Shown piece after piece: positions 47,255 to 58,368 of a DNA stretch of 58,368 nt (positions are counted from its first letter, which is position 1; each line of letters begins with the position of its first letter). This DNA is from a virus (Duplodnaviria; Caudoviricetes): positions 1 through 58,368 of IMG/VR virus record IMGVR_UViG_3300025769_000126; one strand, written 5' to 3'. The position numbers and the translations under genes were made by a program. A model generated the notes under the pieces. That model was given only the letters and a program-made list of their open reading frames with translations. It had not been told where the DNA came from and did not search any database.

Positions 47255-48109
47255 TTATTTTAATCGTTTTTCTACGTTTTTAAATACCTCTACACCTTCA
47301 TCTGTTTTAAACCAAGCAGCTAGCGCTGAATATGGGTTTTCATCAAATGGAATTGTAAACAGCTTTCTTCCGGTTGAGCTCCAAGAAAAACTTCTTTGAT
47401 CTTGTGCTAACTTTATGAATCCTTGCTCAACAGCTCTAATTCCAATATTACGTAGTTGAACATTATCGTCTTTAGCTAACGATATAAAGGTTTCGGGGTT
47501 TCTTCTAGCGTATATTAAAGCATCTCTCTTTAGTTCTTTAGATGTCATACTAGATACTTTATTACCAAATTCTACACGTAGTATTGCTTCTAGCATATCA
47601 ACATCAAGTTCTCTAGCTAGGTTTAACGCATCAATCTCTAACTCTATGTCTTCCAAATCGAAACCAGCGTTTTCAACTGCATCGAATTCATAGTATAGTT
47701 TATCTTTTAATGGATGATATAAAGAGAGTAGTTTTTGTAAGTTCTGTTTTACTGCAGGAACTGTTAGCGAACCATTTCTAAAAATAATATGATCTAGTGT
47801 TACTGGTCCTTCTTGTTCGTCTACAAACGGACTTGGTTGGTTAGTTGCATACCTCAGTTCTCTTTGGTGACCTTTATCTGGGTCAAACCAAAGCAAACTT
47901 CTTTTTGTAGAATGCTTACCAGGTATTGTGGTTATGATTGGTCTTTTACTACCTAAAGTATAATAGGTTCTATCCTTTATTTCCCACTCTGGTTTTTTAT
48001 TTTCTCCTGCTATAATCGTAGGAGCATCTTCTTTCTGCATGATAGCAGGTTCTTTTTTGCTTGATTGTGCTGTCGTTTTTGGCTTAGCACTTGTTTTCTT
48101 TGTTGTCAT
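47255..48109 (-). CDS. Putative structural protein downstream of the capsid gene
   Basis: 284 aa; RELRYATNQPSPFVDEQ; position. Confidence 0.65.
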   Translation of the reverse strand: MTTKKTSAKPKTTAQSSKKEPAIMQKEDAPTIIAGENKKPEWEIKDRTYYTLGSKRPIITTIPGKHSTKRSLLWFDPDKGHQRELRYATNQPSPFVDEQEGPVTLDHIIFRNGSLTVPAVKQNLQKLLSLYHPLKDKLYYEFDAVENAGFDLEDIELEIDALNLARELDVDMLEAILRVEFGNKVSSMTSKELKRDALIYARRNPETFISLAKDDNVQLRNIGIRAVEQGFIKLAQDQRSFSWSSTGRKLFTIPFDENPYSALAAWFKTDEGVEVFKNVEKRLK

Positions 48110-48137
48110 GATATAATAAAATTAAAAAGTTTAAAAT

Positions 48138-48170
48138 AGGGTGGTAGGGCTCCGAAGAGCCCTAAACCCT
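48138..48170 (-). terminator. Terminator after the major capsid gene
   Basis: TAGGGCTC-TTCG-GAGCCCTA on the minus strand with an extended stem, followed by ATTTT. Confidence 0.8.
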
Positions 48171-48191
48171 TAGTAGTGTTAAGCTTAGTTA

Positions 48192-49631
48192 TTAACTAGC
48201 TGTATCCTTTAGTAATACAAAGTTGTTAGCTCCTTGAACGCATAAACATCTTTCAGAAAGCATGTTAACATTCATTTCATCAACATCAGAAGTGTAGTTA
48301 CCTCCAACTGAGCCAGTAATCCAAGACTTCATTCTTCTATCGTCAGCTTCAGAAGCTCTGTATCTAACGTGTAAGAAAGGTCTAGAAATATTCTTACCTA
48401 GTGTTTGATCGTAAACAGTAGAAGTTCCAGCTGGAACAATAACACCATCAAGATCATCTGTAAGTCCTCTAGTAGCAGCATCGTTAAGGTATTTCCAGTC
48501 GGTTTTGTAGAAGTCATAAGAACCTCTTCTGAAACCCGAAAAACCTAAGTTAAGAGCCATATCTTCAGAGTTGTTAAACACACCATATGAAGTGCCACCA
48601 GTTCCATAAGAATTAGCTCTTGCTAGCATGTTGTCAATAGCCAAAGAAGTATCGCGATCTAAGAACATCATGTTCTCTTCAATAGCTCCTTGTTTGTCTA
48701 ATTCTGCTAATATAACATCAAATTCAGCTAAACCAGTAAGACCAGTTGCATTGTCAAAGTCGTGATCATTGAACACTAACCCTCTACTTTCGATGGCAGC
48801 AAAAAGACCTTCAGTACCTCTAACTGTATCAGAGTTAGCATCTGTGATAGCTGTAGTTGCTGTAACTTTTTCAGATTCTACCATTGACATTTCAAGATAG
48901 TCTTCAAAACGCAATCTAGCTTCATGCTCAGACTTTAAGTACCATAGGTAGCCAGAAGCACCGTTTTCACTAGTAACTTCAACCCAACCAATTTGAGAGG
49001 CGTCAGAACCAGATACGCTATACTTGTCCTTTAGTATGATAGGACTGTTTGAGAATTTCTGAAATCCAGCGTCTACTGAACCAGTCATTCCTGCAGTACC
49101 TTTACCAAACTCAGAACCGTATACAAATACTTTAAGATCTGGGTTTGTAACAGCTGCAGCAAAAGATGCTGGCCACGTGTCTGAATCAAGCGGGTAAGCT
49201 TCGATTGAGTCAGTAGTAACGGATTTAACAAAAGCTCGAACAGTAACAAATCCATTAGCAACAATGATAGTTTGGTTAGCTCTAATAGCGTGACCAGTAA
49301 TATTAATTGTGTTATCAGCTAATGTAGCAGTAAAAGGAGTTGCAGATACTGTAGCAATTTTTGCGTTGTCATAAGCAATGTGAAGACGACCTTGTTCGCT
49401 CCATACTACTTCATCAGAAGCCATTGGCATTTCAGCACCAACCATACGTAAGAAAGAAGAGATAGATCTATTTCCATATCTTTCCACTTCTTTTTCATAT
49501 ACTTCTGGTAAGAACTGTTTTGTAAAATTAAAATCGTTGCTACCTATAGCAAGGTAGTTTCCATTGAATAACGATTTAGTCGGTGCAGGAGTTAAACCTG
49601 CGGGGAATGCTCCCCCTGTTGCAAAACTCAT
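48192..49631 (-). CDS. Major capsid protein
   Basis: Follows portal and scaffold; WSEQGRLH and RGTEGLFAAIESRG; strong terminator downstream. Confidence 0.85.
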   Translation of the reverse strand: MSFATGGAFPAGLTPAPTKSLFNGNYLAIGSNDFNFTKQFLPEVYEKEVERYGNRSISSFLRMVGAEMPMASDEVVWSEQGRLHIAYDNAKIATVSATPFTATLADNTINITGHAIRANQTIIVANGFVTVRAFVKSVTTDSIEAYPLDSDTWPASFAAAVTNPDLKVFVYGSEFGKGTAGMTGSVDAGFQKFSNSPIILKDKYSVSGSDASQIGWVEVTSENGASGYLWYLKSEHEARLRFEDYLEMSMVESEKVTATTAITDANSDTVRGTEGLFAAIESRGLVFNDHDFDNATGLTGLAEFDVILAELDKQGAIEENMMFLDRDTSLAIDNMLARANSYGTGGTSYGVFNNSEDMALNLGFSGFRRGSYDFYKTDWKYLNDAATRGLTDDLDGVIVPAGTSTVYDQTLGKNISRPFLHVRYRASEADDRRMKSWITGSVGGNYTSDVDEMNVNMLSERCLCVQGANNFVLLKDTAS

Positions 49632-49652
49632 AGTTTTTTAATTTTTAAATTT

Positions 49653-50852
<1,200 letters not shown>

Positions 50853-50883
50853 AATAAAATATTATAAAATTAAATAATTGTTG

Positions 50884-53310
50884 TTATCTTGGATCAAAGG
50901 CATTTAACCCAAATCCACCACCCATTATATCATTACCTGATGACTCGAAGTTTTTAGGCGGGGTTTCTTTTTTTCTTTGATCTATTAATTCAGACTGTTG
51001 TGTGGCCTGTATTTTTGTTCTTTCGTCTTTTCTGTCTTCCTTTTGGCTCTCTCGTTCTTTAAGAATTTCAGTTTCCATTTGTTTTAACTGCATGTTAAGT
51101 TGAAACTCATAGCTCATCAACTCTTTCTTTAACGCGGCCTCTTGTTGCATTTTTTGCATTTCAAGTTGAGCAGAACCTTTTTCAACCATCATCTTACTTT
51201 GAGACAATACTTGTTGTTTTTGAATTTCTGCTTGTGCTGCAACCTGCTGTGCTTGAGCATTAGCTTGTGATTGCATTTGAATATTTTGCTGACTTATCAG
51301 TTGATCTTGTTTGGCTTTTTTCTTTCTGCGTATCTTAAGTAGCTGATTAGCTAGTTTTACATTTTTTATCTCTCTAATGTCTATAGCGTCTTCAAGCTCT
51401 ATTCCATTTTTAGACAATGCTACCTGAATGTTATTCTCAAGCGTCTGTTTTTCCTCTTCATCTGGAGCTAACTCTATAAAGATACCAAAATCATATAAAT
51501 GTAAATCTGCCATCTCTGATAGTGTTGCCACATTATGACCACCTATCTTTTGAATAAAAGCGTCTCTAGTTGGCGAATATTCTATTACATCTGATATTCT
51601 AAGCGATATACACTCTGCTAATTCCGCAGTTAAAAACAAACCACTTTGTAATATGTGTCTAGTAGCTGTATTCGAGTTTGCCGCCGCCATTTTTTGTACA
51701 CCAACTAATGCGTTCTTGTCTGGAGTACTTCCATCACGCGCCTCGTTCAATCCCGTGACATCTCTGATCATTTGGAGGTAGTAGTTGTATGTTTGTATCA
51801 AAGCGCCGAGCTTTGCTCCTCCTGAGCCACTCTGTATCTCCTGTATAGGTACTTTACCTGGGTTCATATCCCCATCGGCAGTCATAGACCTACCTATTAT
51901 GCTACCTGTTTGGAAGAACATATTTAAAGCCTCTTGAGGATTATAGTTCGTTCCGTTACCTAAATCAACTTCAGCTAAACCATCTGCGTCTAAATATATA
52001 CCATCAGGTATCATTCTAGACAAAACCTGTTGCAGTTTTAAATGCGTAAGTTGTATCATATCAGCAAAAGTGGTAGTTCTACTAACTAAGGACTCAATCT
52101 TACCTTTGTACATCCTAGGAGCAACAATAGAATAATTCATCTTAACCTTAGTGTAGTCACTTTTTGGTCTCATCATATTCTTAGCAAGCTCCCACTTCAA
52201 TAAGTGTTTGGTGCCTAATACAAGCGCACCTTCATATAAAACTTCTATTTGTCTAGACATTTTACCAAACCTCTCGCCAAGTAATTCTTCTGGTGGATTG
52301 AATTGGTCGTCTTTTATTATTATTTTATTTGCACCAGTTGCTGTCTCTTTAACCTTATAGACCTCGTTTGCAAACGTCTTAAAATTAAAGTATAATATCT
52401 GTATCTGATTGTTGTCTGTTTCGCTTGATTCGTATATGCTTCTACTATAATACCCCGTAGATTGATGACCTTGTTCACTAATCTCTTTTAAGTCCTCCAT
52501 GCTGAGATGTGGGAACTCTTTTACAAGTTCGTTTATAGAAACAGTTTTAATCTCACCAACGTAGTATACATCATCGAAATATGGTGACTCTGTATATGAA
52601 TAAACGATATTAGCTGGATCTACGTACTCTACTTTTATACCTTCAGATTTTGTAAAGGTGTTTTTTACCGCACCTATGCCAAGTACTGTTAGATCGTAGT
52701 TAACTCTTTTCTTTGTTAGCTCGTATCTATTTCCTTCTAATATAACGTTAATTGCTTGCTCTTCAGCTAGTTCTACACCTTGCTTGTAGTTTAACTGCAT
52801 ATGTAATTGCAATTCCTCTTCGCTATCTGGTAGTTTATCTGGTGGTGTCGATGCAATTGATACACCAAAAGCCTCTTCTGCAAACTGGTTTAAATCCCTT
52901 GTCTGCATATCAGCTAGTATATCATTCATATACTTCGTTCTCTTAGACACACCAAATGGATCTTGAGAGTAAGCCTTTATATCAAAGGTTCTTTCAGAGA
53001 TACCATTAACAACTATGTCTACAAATTTAGGTATAATAGGTATAGGCTTCCAATCAAGGTTTAAATAACTTAAGTCACCGTTTATAGATAACTCGTCCTT
53101 ATATTTTTGTATTGATTGTTCTCCTCTAGCATACAAGCGAAGCTTGTGAAAGTTGTTTTGATTACTAGTAAACCTGCTTAGGCCTGATCCCCTGTTGAAC
53201 CACTCGTGTTCTATAGCTTTACCAACCTTAAGACCATACTCTACAGAGTTTTTTTCTAAATCACTAACAACTTGACTAGGAAAATAATGCGATGTAACTG
53301 ACTCAGCCAT
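50884..53310 (-). CDS. Portal protein
   Basis: 808 aa after the terminase; IIPKFVDIVVNG; Gln-rich C-terminal helical tail. Confidence 0.85.
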   Translation of the reverse strand: MAESVTSHYFPSQVVSDLEKNSVEYGLKVGKAIEHEWFNRGSGLSRFTSNQNNFHKLRLYARGEQSIQKYKDELSINGDLSYLNLDWKPIPIIPKFVDIVVNGISERTFDIKAYSQDPFGVSKRTKYMNDILADMQTRDLNQFAEEAFGVSIASTPPDKLPDSEEELQLHMQLNYKQGVELAEEQAINVILEGNRYELTKKRVNYDLTVLGIGAVKNTFTKSEGIKVEYVDPANIVYSYTESPYFDDVYYVGEIKTVSINELVKEFPHLSMEDLKEISEQGHQSTGYYSRSIYESSETDNNQIQILYFNFKTFANEVYKVKETATGANKIIIKDDQFNPPEELLGERFGKMSRQIEVLYEGALVLGTKHLLKWELAKNMMRPKSDYTKVKMNYSIVAPRMYKGKIESLVSRTTTFADMIQLTHLKLQQVLSRMIPDGIYLDADGLAEVDLGNGTNYNPQEALNMFFQTGSIIGRSMTADGDMNPGKVPIQEIQSGSGGAKLGALIQTYNYYLQMIRDVTGLNEARDGSTPDKNALVGVQKMAAANSNTATRHILQSGLFLTAELAECISLRISDVIEYSPTRDAFIQKIGGHNVATLSEMADLHLYDFGIFIELAPDEEEKQTLENNIQVALSKNGIELEDAIDIREIKNVKLANQLLKIRRKKKAKQDQLISQQNIQMQSQANAQAQQVAAQAEIQKQQVLSQSKMMVEKGSAQLEMQKMQQEAALKKELMSYEFQLNMQLKQMETEILKERESQKEDRKDERTKIQATQQSELIDQRKKETPPKNFESSGNDIMGGGFGLNAFDPR

Positions 53311-53311
53311 A

Positions 53312-55513
53312 TTATTTTTCTATTATTCTTGAATTATAACCATTATTTTTATATTTGGCTATGCTTAAGCTTATTTTTTCTTTTTTTATATTTTGTTTTG
53401 GTGAATATAGGTGTCTATTACACGCCATTATAGCTAGACCAGAGCTTATAGTGGCATCGTATTTGGTTCTATTGGTTATGTCGAATTTAGCCCAATCATT
53501 TAGAGTGTTATTGAAAGGCATAGTACCAAAGCTATCTCCTTTCTGGCCAACATGACTGTTGATATACATCTCTATAGCGGCTGCGTGTGCTTGCTTTATG
53601 TCTTCACTGGAATTTGGAATACCACCAATCTCTCTTTCTGTTACAGATAACTTGTTCCATATTTTATCTGGTCTGTTCATAGAAAACCCTCTGTAACCTC
53701 TTCGCCTTAAATAATATAATAGTCTTGGTTTGTTATTTTCAGCTAGAATAGGCATCCCGTAAAATACCAGTGCCATCAAAACATCCTCGAAAAATATCTC
53801 TGCTGTTTGTGGTCTAGCTATATATTCAAGAAAAAACTCACTTGGTGGAGCATCTTCCATGCTAAATTTTGTTAACCCATGCAAAGAACCTTTAGAGCCT
53901 TTACCACTTACTGTACCAGATATATCGTAAGAATCACAACCAAAAGCACCTAAGTGCTCATTACCAGGGTATTTAATACCGTTCTTTTTTACAACCTTAT
54001 TTTGTAGGTGTTTAGGTGGAACCCAGTTAATCTTAAACCTACCTTTTAGGTTTGGTGTAAAAACGACTGATGTATCTTTAATACCGTTAGCCCACTGGAA
54101 GTCACCCGTAGTAACTGATACCGCTTCTTCGTTAAAATCTATTTGTTCGTATATCTTTGTTAAGTTAAATATACTATTCTTGGTTTCATCTCTAAATGCG
54201 TGCTCCTCTGTTCTAGGGAACTGCCTATAGAATTCGTTTAAGGCATCTTGATCAGACTTTAAGCCGTCAACTTCATTCTGCCAGTGGTCTATTACGCCAA
54301 CGTTTATTCTATCTCCATGTGGGTCGCATACGACATCCCCAGGTGTTTCGAATACAGGTAATCCATAAGAATCAATGAATCCCTCGTAGTTCCATTCCAT
54401 AGGTATGAACAAAGAATAGAGACCCGAATTTGTCTGTCCGTTTTTGTTTCGTTTTGTAACATCTGAGTTGTAATAAAGTTTCTTAAATTCCTTGCCACCC
54501 TTGTCTAAGGCATTGCTAGTTGAGCCCATTAAGCACTTGCCAATAATCCTACTACCAAGTCTTAGGGTTGTTTTAGTTACCCTCCAGTTGTTTAATATGT
54601 TATTTGGCCTTTCCCACTTACCACTCTCATCGTGCACAAGTAGTCTTAGTTTTTCACCATCATAACTGTTATCACCAGTATTCTTCCAATCTATTGTAGT
54701 ATCTAACCCGGCTAGCTCCTCTAACTTATCAGAGCTTGTTATATTTTTTCTTGTAAGTTTAGACGCTGGAACCCTATATGCTAGCTCCGTTTTTGGTCTA
54801 TCCATACCGTCTTGTATTGGTTTAAAGAAGAACGGGTAGTTAACCGATATTGGCACTACCTTGTCTGTAAACATCTTTTTAGCATCTGGACCTGATTTAG
54901 ATAATATACCAAATCTTGCATCCGAGCTAATTGTGGCTTGATTAACTACTTCACCTGACGCCATAAAGGAAAAACCAGAACGTCTGTTCTTTAGATAGCA
55001 CATACCGTAGCATCTCTTATCAGCCTTACAAGCCTCCCAAAATATAAAGAACAATCTATTTGCTTCCCTAAAGTCTGGCTTACCAACGTCAATCTTAGAC
55101 CACTGTAGGTACATATAATGTGTACCTGTTATATATGTAGGCTTGCCTTTATTATAAAACCAAAAGCCTTCCTCTCTCTTTCTGAACTCTTCTTCTATGT
55201 AGTCAATATATTGACCTTTAAAGTCATTAGGTAGTTCTTTCCAGTCAAATATTGTTTTTACCCTATTTAACTCTTTTGGATATTCAGCTGCCTCCCATTT
55301 GTTACCTTTAAACTTGTGTACTTTGGTTGCTGGTGGTAGTGCTATCTTTAAGTTCTGTATCTCGTAAACTTCACCAATTTTACCATTTCTACTTAAAACA
55401 ATAACATCGTGCTCTTCGTTGTACCCATATTTCCAACGCTTACCTCTATTGAGTCTTTTAATAGCGTTTACGGGTATGGTGTCTACTACTTTGTATAAGG
55501 TTTGCTCATACAT
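53312..55513 (-). CDS. terL: Terminase large subunit
   Basis: KNRRSGFS (Walker A-like), LVHDESGK (Walker B), MGST, and nuclease motifs FGCDSYD and AENN. Confidence 0.92.
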   Translation of the reverse strand: MYEQTLYKVVDTIPVNAIKRLNRGKRWKYGYNEEHDVIVLSRNGKIGEVYEIQNLKIALPPATKVHKFKGNKWEAAEYPKELNRVKTIFDWKELPNDFKGQYIDYIEEEFRKREEGFWFYNKGKPTYITGTHYMYLQWSKIDVGKPDFREANRLFFIFWEACKADKRCYGMCYLKNRRSGFSFMASGEVVNQATISSDARFGILSKSGPDAKKMFTDKVVPISVNYPFFFKPIQDGMDRPKTELAYRVPASKLTRKNITSSDKLEELAGLDTTIDWKNTGDNSYDGEKLRLLVHDESGKWERPNNILNNWRVTKTTLRLGSRIIGKCLMGSTSNALDKGGKEFKKLYYNSDVTKRNKNGQTNSGLYSLFIPMEWNYEGFIDSYGLPVFETPGDVVCDPHGDRINVGVIDHWQNEVDGLKSDQDALNEFYRQFPRTEEHAFRDETKNSIFNLTKIYEQIDFNEEAVSVTTGDFQWANGIKDTSVVFTPNLKGRFKINWVPPKHLQNKVVKKNGIKYPGNEHLGAFGCDSYDISGTVSGKGSKGSLHGLTKFSMEDAPPSEFFLEYIARPQTAEIFFEDVLMALVFYGMPILAENNKPRLLYYLRRRGYRGFSMNRPDKIWNKLSVTEREIGGIPNSSEDIKQAHAAAIEMYINSHVGQKGDSFGTMPFNNTLNDWAKFDITNRTKYDATISSGLAIMACNRHLYSPKQNIKKEKISLSIAKYKNNGYNSRIIEK

Positions 55514-55785
55514 TACTTGCTCCTCCTTTCAGCAAAACCTCCAAAAGCACTATCGTCTTTTGTTGGCCTGTTTTCTAGAATAGCTTTTTCTTCATCGATG
55601 CGTGTTAATATTTCAAAAGCGTCAAATATAGCTAATTTTTTTGTTGCAGCAGCGTTCTTTAATCTATCTGCTGAGACATCGTCTTCAGTGTTTGTTATAA
55701 TCTTCTCCTCTGCAACCTTTATTAGCTCCTCAACAGCTTTATACCCAGCCTGGATTATACTCTGCTTCTTCTTCTTCGTGTTCAT
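55513..55785 (-). CDS. Putative terminase small subunit
   Basis: Small helical protein coupled by TAATG directly upstream of terL. Confidence 0.5.
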   Translation of the reverse strand: MNTKKKKQSIIQAGYKAVEELIKVAEEKIITNTEDDVSADRLKNAAATKKLAIFDAFEILTRIDEEKAILENRPTKDDSAFGGFAERRSK

Positions 55786-56335
55786 ATTTAATTGTAATAG
55801 CTTTTGTTTGTACTCTATAAAGGCGCTCTCCGTCTATAATGAACTCAAACTCGCTACGTGGAGCAAAACCAACCCTATCACCAACATTTATTCCCTTACA
55901 TCTCAACACGTTGTTAGAGTATTTAATTATGCCGACTAACGGTTTCTCTTTTTCTAAAGAAAATATATCGTCGTTAGATATAGGTTTTACAAAACAATAA
56001 TCATCAAGTGATTTCCACTCATTGTCATGTTTATATATGTATAACTGGTCTTCATTTACAAAGTAAGTTTCTTCATCGAAAAACCCTTTACTGTTCCGCT
56101 CTATACCTCTAACATCATGCCATCTTCTAAATACATTGTGATGAATTATTACTTCATCACCAACCTGTATCTCTGTTTCTATATTTTTAGGTAGCCCAAT
56201 GACTACGGCGTTATTACTTACGTTTTTATGGGTAAATATTTCAGTGTTTAGTATTAACTCAGAATCACCAATTTTTTTAGTGTTTTCATACCTGGTTTTT
56301 ATCGGTTTTACTACAAAGCTATCCCAACCGTTCAT
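55739..56335 (-). CDS. Tandem GroES-like protein
   Basis: Two units: FVVKP...IQVGDEVII and FVKP...INVGDRVGF...IDGERLYRV. Confidence 0.6.
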   Translation of the reverse strand: MNGWDSFVVKPIKTRYENTKKIGDSELILNTEIFTHKNVSNNAVVIGLPKNIETEIQVGDEVIIHHNVFRRWHDVRGIERNSKGFFDEETYFVNEDQLYIYKHDNEWKSLDDYCFVKPISNDDIFSLEKEKPLVGIIKYSNNVLRCKGINVGDRVGFAPRSEFEFIIDGERLYRVQTKAITIKYEHEEEEAEYNPGWV

Positions 56336-56559
56336 TAGTATTCTAAATTATATTCAACTGCAATAGCCATGTTTTTATTAAAATCCTTCCACGGCAAAAC
56401 CTCGTTGTTTTTAGAGATATAAATTCTGTATTTATTCTCCTCTTCCACTATAGCTGTTATTACATGTCCTCCGTAGACCTCTTGGCCTACTGAATAATGC
56501 ATTGCTTCGTTCTTATAATCTTTACCTATACTAATCTTTCTTATTAGCTCCATCTTCAA
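56335..56559 (-). CDS. Hypothetical protein
   Basis: IRKISIGKDYKNEAMHYSVGQ; coupled to the next gene. Confidence 0.75.
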   Translation of the reverse strand: MKMELIRKISIGKDYKNEAMHYSVGQEVYGGHVITAIVEEENKYRIYISKNNEVLPWKDFNKNMAIAVEYNLEY

Positions 56560-56779
56560 CAGGTGTGATAGTTCCGTCTTGAAGATTAACGTTTACGTTT
56601 CCGTACTCTTCTTCAAGTCCTTTTTGAAACTCATCTAAATCTTTCCTTAGCTTAGGCATTATAGCCACTAAGTCGAATTTCCTGTACTCTACTTGGCCAA
56701 GTTCTAATTGTGCCTTGTTAATTCGATTAACTAATGCTTGTAGCTTTGTTAATTGTTCGTCTTTAATTTTTAAATCCAT
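56531..56779 (-). CDS. Small coiled-coil protein
   Basis: ORF track; ends LEEEYGNVNVNLQDGTI. Confidence 0.75.
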   Translation of the reverse strand: MDLKIKDEQLTKLQALVNRINKAQLELGQVEYRKFDLVAIMPKLRKDLDEFQKGLEEEYGNVNVNLQDGTITPVEDGANKKD

Positions 56780-56806
56780 AATTATATTAAATTTGTTTTC
56801 TTATGT

Positions 56807-56833
56807 ATTATCACTCTGTTTTTATTTTTTTTA
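56807..56833 (-). promoter_or_regulatory. Class B promoter-like motif upstream of the packaging/head operon
   Basis: TAAA-N15-GTGATAAT. Confidence 0.45.
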
Positions 56834-56847
56834 CAGTAGGTGTTATC

Positions 56848-57423
56848 TTATATTTTTAGCACAGCAAACGAAACCTTAGAGAAGTTGTCGTTATAGGCTT
56901 TTACCCAATGGCAATTAAACAACTTATCCTCAACTCTCCACTTTGTCTCATAATCTCTTAACTCTTTGTTATGCTTTGAGTCATCCCACACTTTGCTAAC
57001 CTCATTGTGTAACTTCTTTATCAAGTAGTCTTCGTAGTGATTGTTAAGGAAATAGCCATAGTGTACGCCAAAGAAATTATCAAAGGCATCATTGGTGTAT
57101 TCGATTGTTCCATCATATCTAATAATAAGCAGCCCAAACTCTTTGGCTGCGTAATTTTTCAAGAACAACTCCTTAGTGCTCTGCATATTAACTGCTTTGC
57201 AATTCTCTAACTCATTACGTAATTTGTCGATCCGCTTGCTTTGCTCATCTAGTTTTTCGTTAGTATCCACTACCATAGACTTATATGCCTCCTGCATGGC
57301 GGACAGCGCATTACCCTCAATAACCTCAGTCTCGGCATTCTGTTTTTTTCTACCAAACAGCCAACCACCAATACCAGCGCTAGCAGCAGATAATATTGAT
57401 ATTATATAATCACTCACATCCAT
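56848..57423 (-). CDS. Holin-like TM / coiled-coil protein fused to a PAS-like domain
   Basis: N-terminal TM ending GWLFGRKK, coiled coil, then GLLIIRYDGTIEYTNDAFDNFFG. Confidence 0.65.
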   Translation of the reverse strand: MDVSDYIISILSAASAGIGGWLFGRKKQNAETEVIEGNALSAMQEAYKSMVVDTNEKLDEQSKRIDKLRNELENCKAVNMQSTKELFLKNYAAKEFGLLIIRYDGTIEYTNDAFDNFFGVHYGYFLNNHYEDYLIKKLHNEVSKVWDDSKHNKELRDYETKWRVEDKLFNCHWVKAYNDNFSKVSFAVLKI

Positions 57424-57429
57424 AAACTA

Positions 57430-57642
57430 CTAGCTTTTATCGAAGTAATTATATAACGCCAAAACTATAGCACCCCACGCAACGGAAGCACCTAAACCAA
57501 TAACTAGTCCTTCAACATCGCCTTCAAACCTATTGTGCAGCAAGTGTGCTACCCACAGAACTATGCTACCAATCCCAAGTCCAGTTACTAATAACCTTGT
57601 CCATCCGTACTTTCTAAACATTCTTTGTAAAAATAATTTCAT
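57430..57642 (-). CDS. Two-TM membrane protein, holin candidate
   Basis: 70 aa with two hydrophobic helices. Confidence 0.55.
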   Translation of the reverse strand: MKLFLQRMFRKYGWTRLLVTGLGIGSIVLWVAHLLHNRFEGDVEGLVIGLGASVAWGAIVLALYNYFDKS

Positions 57643-57649
57643 GATATAG

Positions 57650-58000
57650 TTAACGCTTGTTTTCTACTGCTTTCTCTACGTGGTACTTGTCAATTTTGTT
57701 GAGGATCCAAACTAATAGTTTGCCAAGCGGTAGTAATTTGCCTTCTTTCTTTAACACACCAAGCACATAACTTGTTGTCTCATTACTATTGCCAAATTTA
57801 TGACCATCTTTCGCTCGCATAGTGTTATTAAACAAGTCTTGACAAATCGTGTTGCCAAGTTCATCGATTGCGATTGCGATTTGCCAAAAATAGACTGACG
57901 CCGAACGCATCATTCTCCACACAATTGAATAAACAAAACCTATCGTTCCAAATATCAGGAACAACAAGATTGCCAATAAGAGCAAAAGGAAATTAATCAT
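57650..58000 (-). CDS. Phage membrane protein
   Basis: Hydrophobic N-terminus; IDELGN...FGNSNETTSYVLG. Confidence 0.7.
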   Translation of the reverse strand: MINFLLLLLAILLFLIFGTIGFVYSIVWRMMRSASVYFWQIAIAIDELGNTICQDLFNNTMRAKDGHKFGNSNETTSYVLGVLKKEGKLLPLGKLLVWILNKIDKYHVEKAVENKR

Positions 58001-58317
58001 TCTTCGATTACTTCAGCTACTTCAGCCCATTTATCCGTTTCGTAGTTCTTATCCGTTTTTCTGAACCACAAATGCAATTGATTGATGCTCGCAACGACAT
58101 CGTCGTAAAGTTCTTTTGCTTCTTGCGTTGGAAGTTCATCGCGACTGAAACTTGACGACCATTGCTTATTTGCATCGCCTTCAAATTTACCAATCACAAT
58201 CACCTTGTCTTTAGCGAATGATACTTCGTAAACTTTTGAAATTGCTTTTCCGATTAATGGTGGTGATACTGACGTGTCAATCGTTACGTCCACCTCTGTT
58301 GTTAGTTCTGTGTACAT
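57997..58317 (-). CDS. Hypothetical protein, possibly tail-fibre associated
   Basis: ORF track; would lie downstream of the fibre gene in a circular map. Confidence 0.65.
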   Translation of the reverse strand: MYTELTTEVDVTIDTSVSPPLIGKAISKVYEVSFAKDKVIVIGKFEGDANKQWSSSFSRDELPTQEAKELYDDVVASINQLHLWFRKTDKNYETDKWAEVAEVIEE

Positions 58318-58368
58318 TTTTTTTAGTTTAAAATTTTGAATGATTGACCCACAATTATTTGTGCGTAG

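Overview
A near-complete, AT-rich, apparently lytic tailed-phage genome with podovirus-like structural genes. The host is probably Bacteroidota/Flavobacteriia (inferred from gene content). The contig is broken inside a tail-fibre gene. Layout: a minus-strand arm at 1-7229 (tail fibre, zincin, GroES, GroEL); a control region at about 7230-8760; a plus-strand early/replication arm at 7689-25509 (many small ORFs, sigma factor, ERF recombinase, exonuclease, SSB, primase-helicase, nucleotide enzymes, class II RNR); and a minus-strand late arm at 25872-58317 (lysis genes, 2714-aa virion protein, tail, capsid, scaffold, portal, terminase, membrane proteins). I recognised no DNA polymerase, integrase, reverse transcriptase, canonical tRNA or CRISPR array. 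Main observations: (1) the ThyA-fold gene has the dCMP-type Asp of T4 gp42 and lies among NTP pyrophosphatases, suggesting modified cytosine; (2) five intergenic 43-bp inverted-repeat sites of identical length; (3) two fixed-spacing promoter-like motif classes, with a phage sigma factor and a possible second sigma-like segment inside the giant virion protein; (4) a structured ~165-nt intergenic RNA and two anticodon-less tRNA-like elements; (5) a holin-like anchor fused to a PAS-like domain; (6) GroEL with both a short GroES and a tandem GroES-like protein. All family assignments are by eye from motifs; no searches were run.
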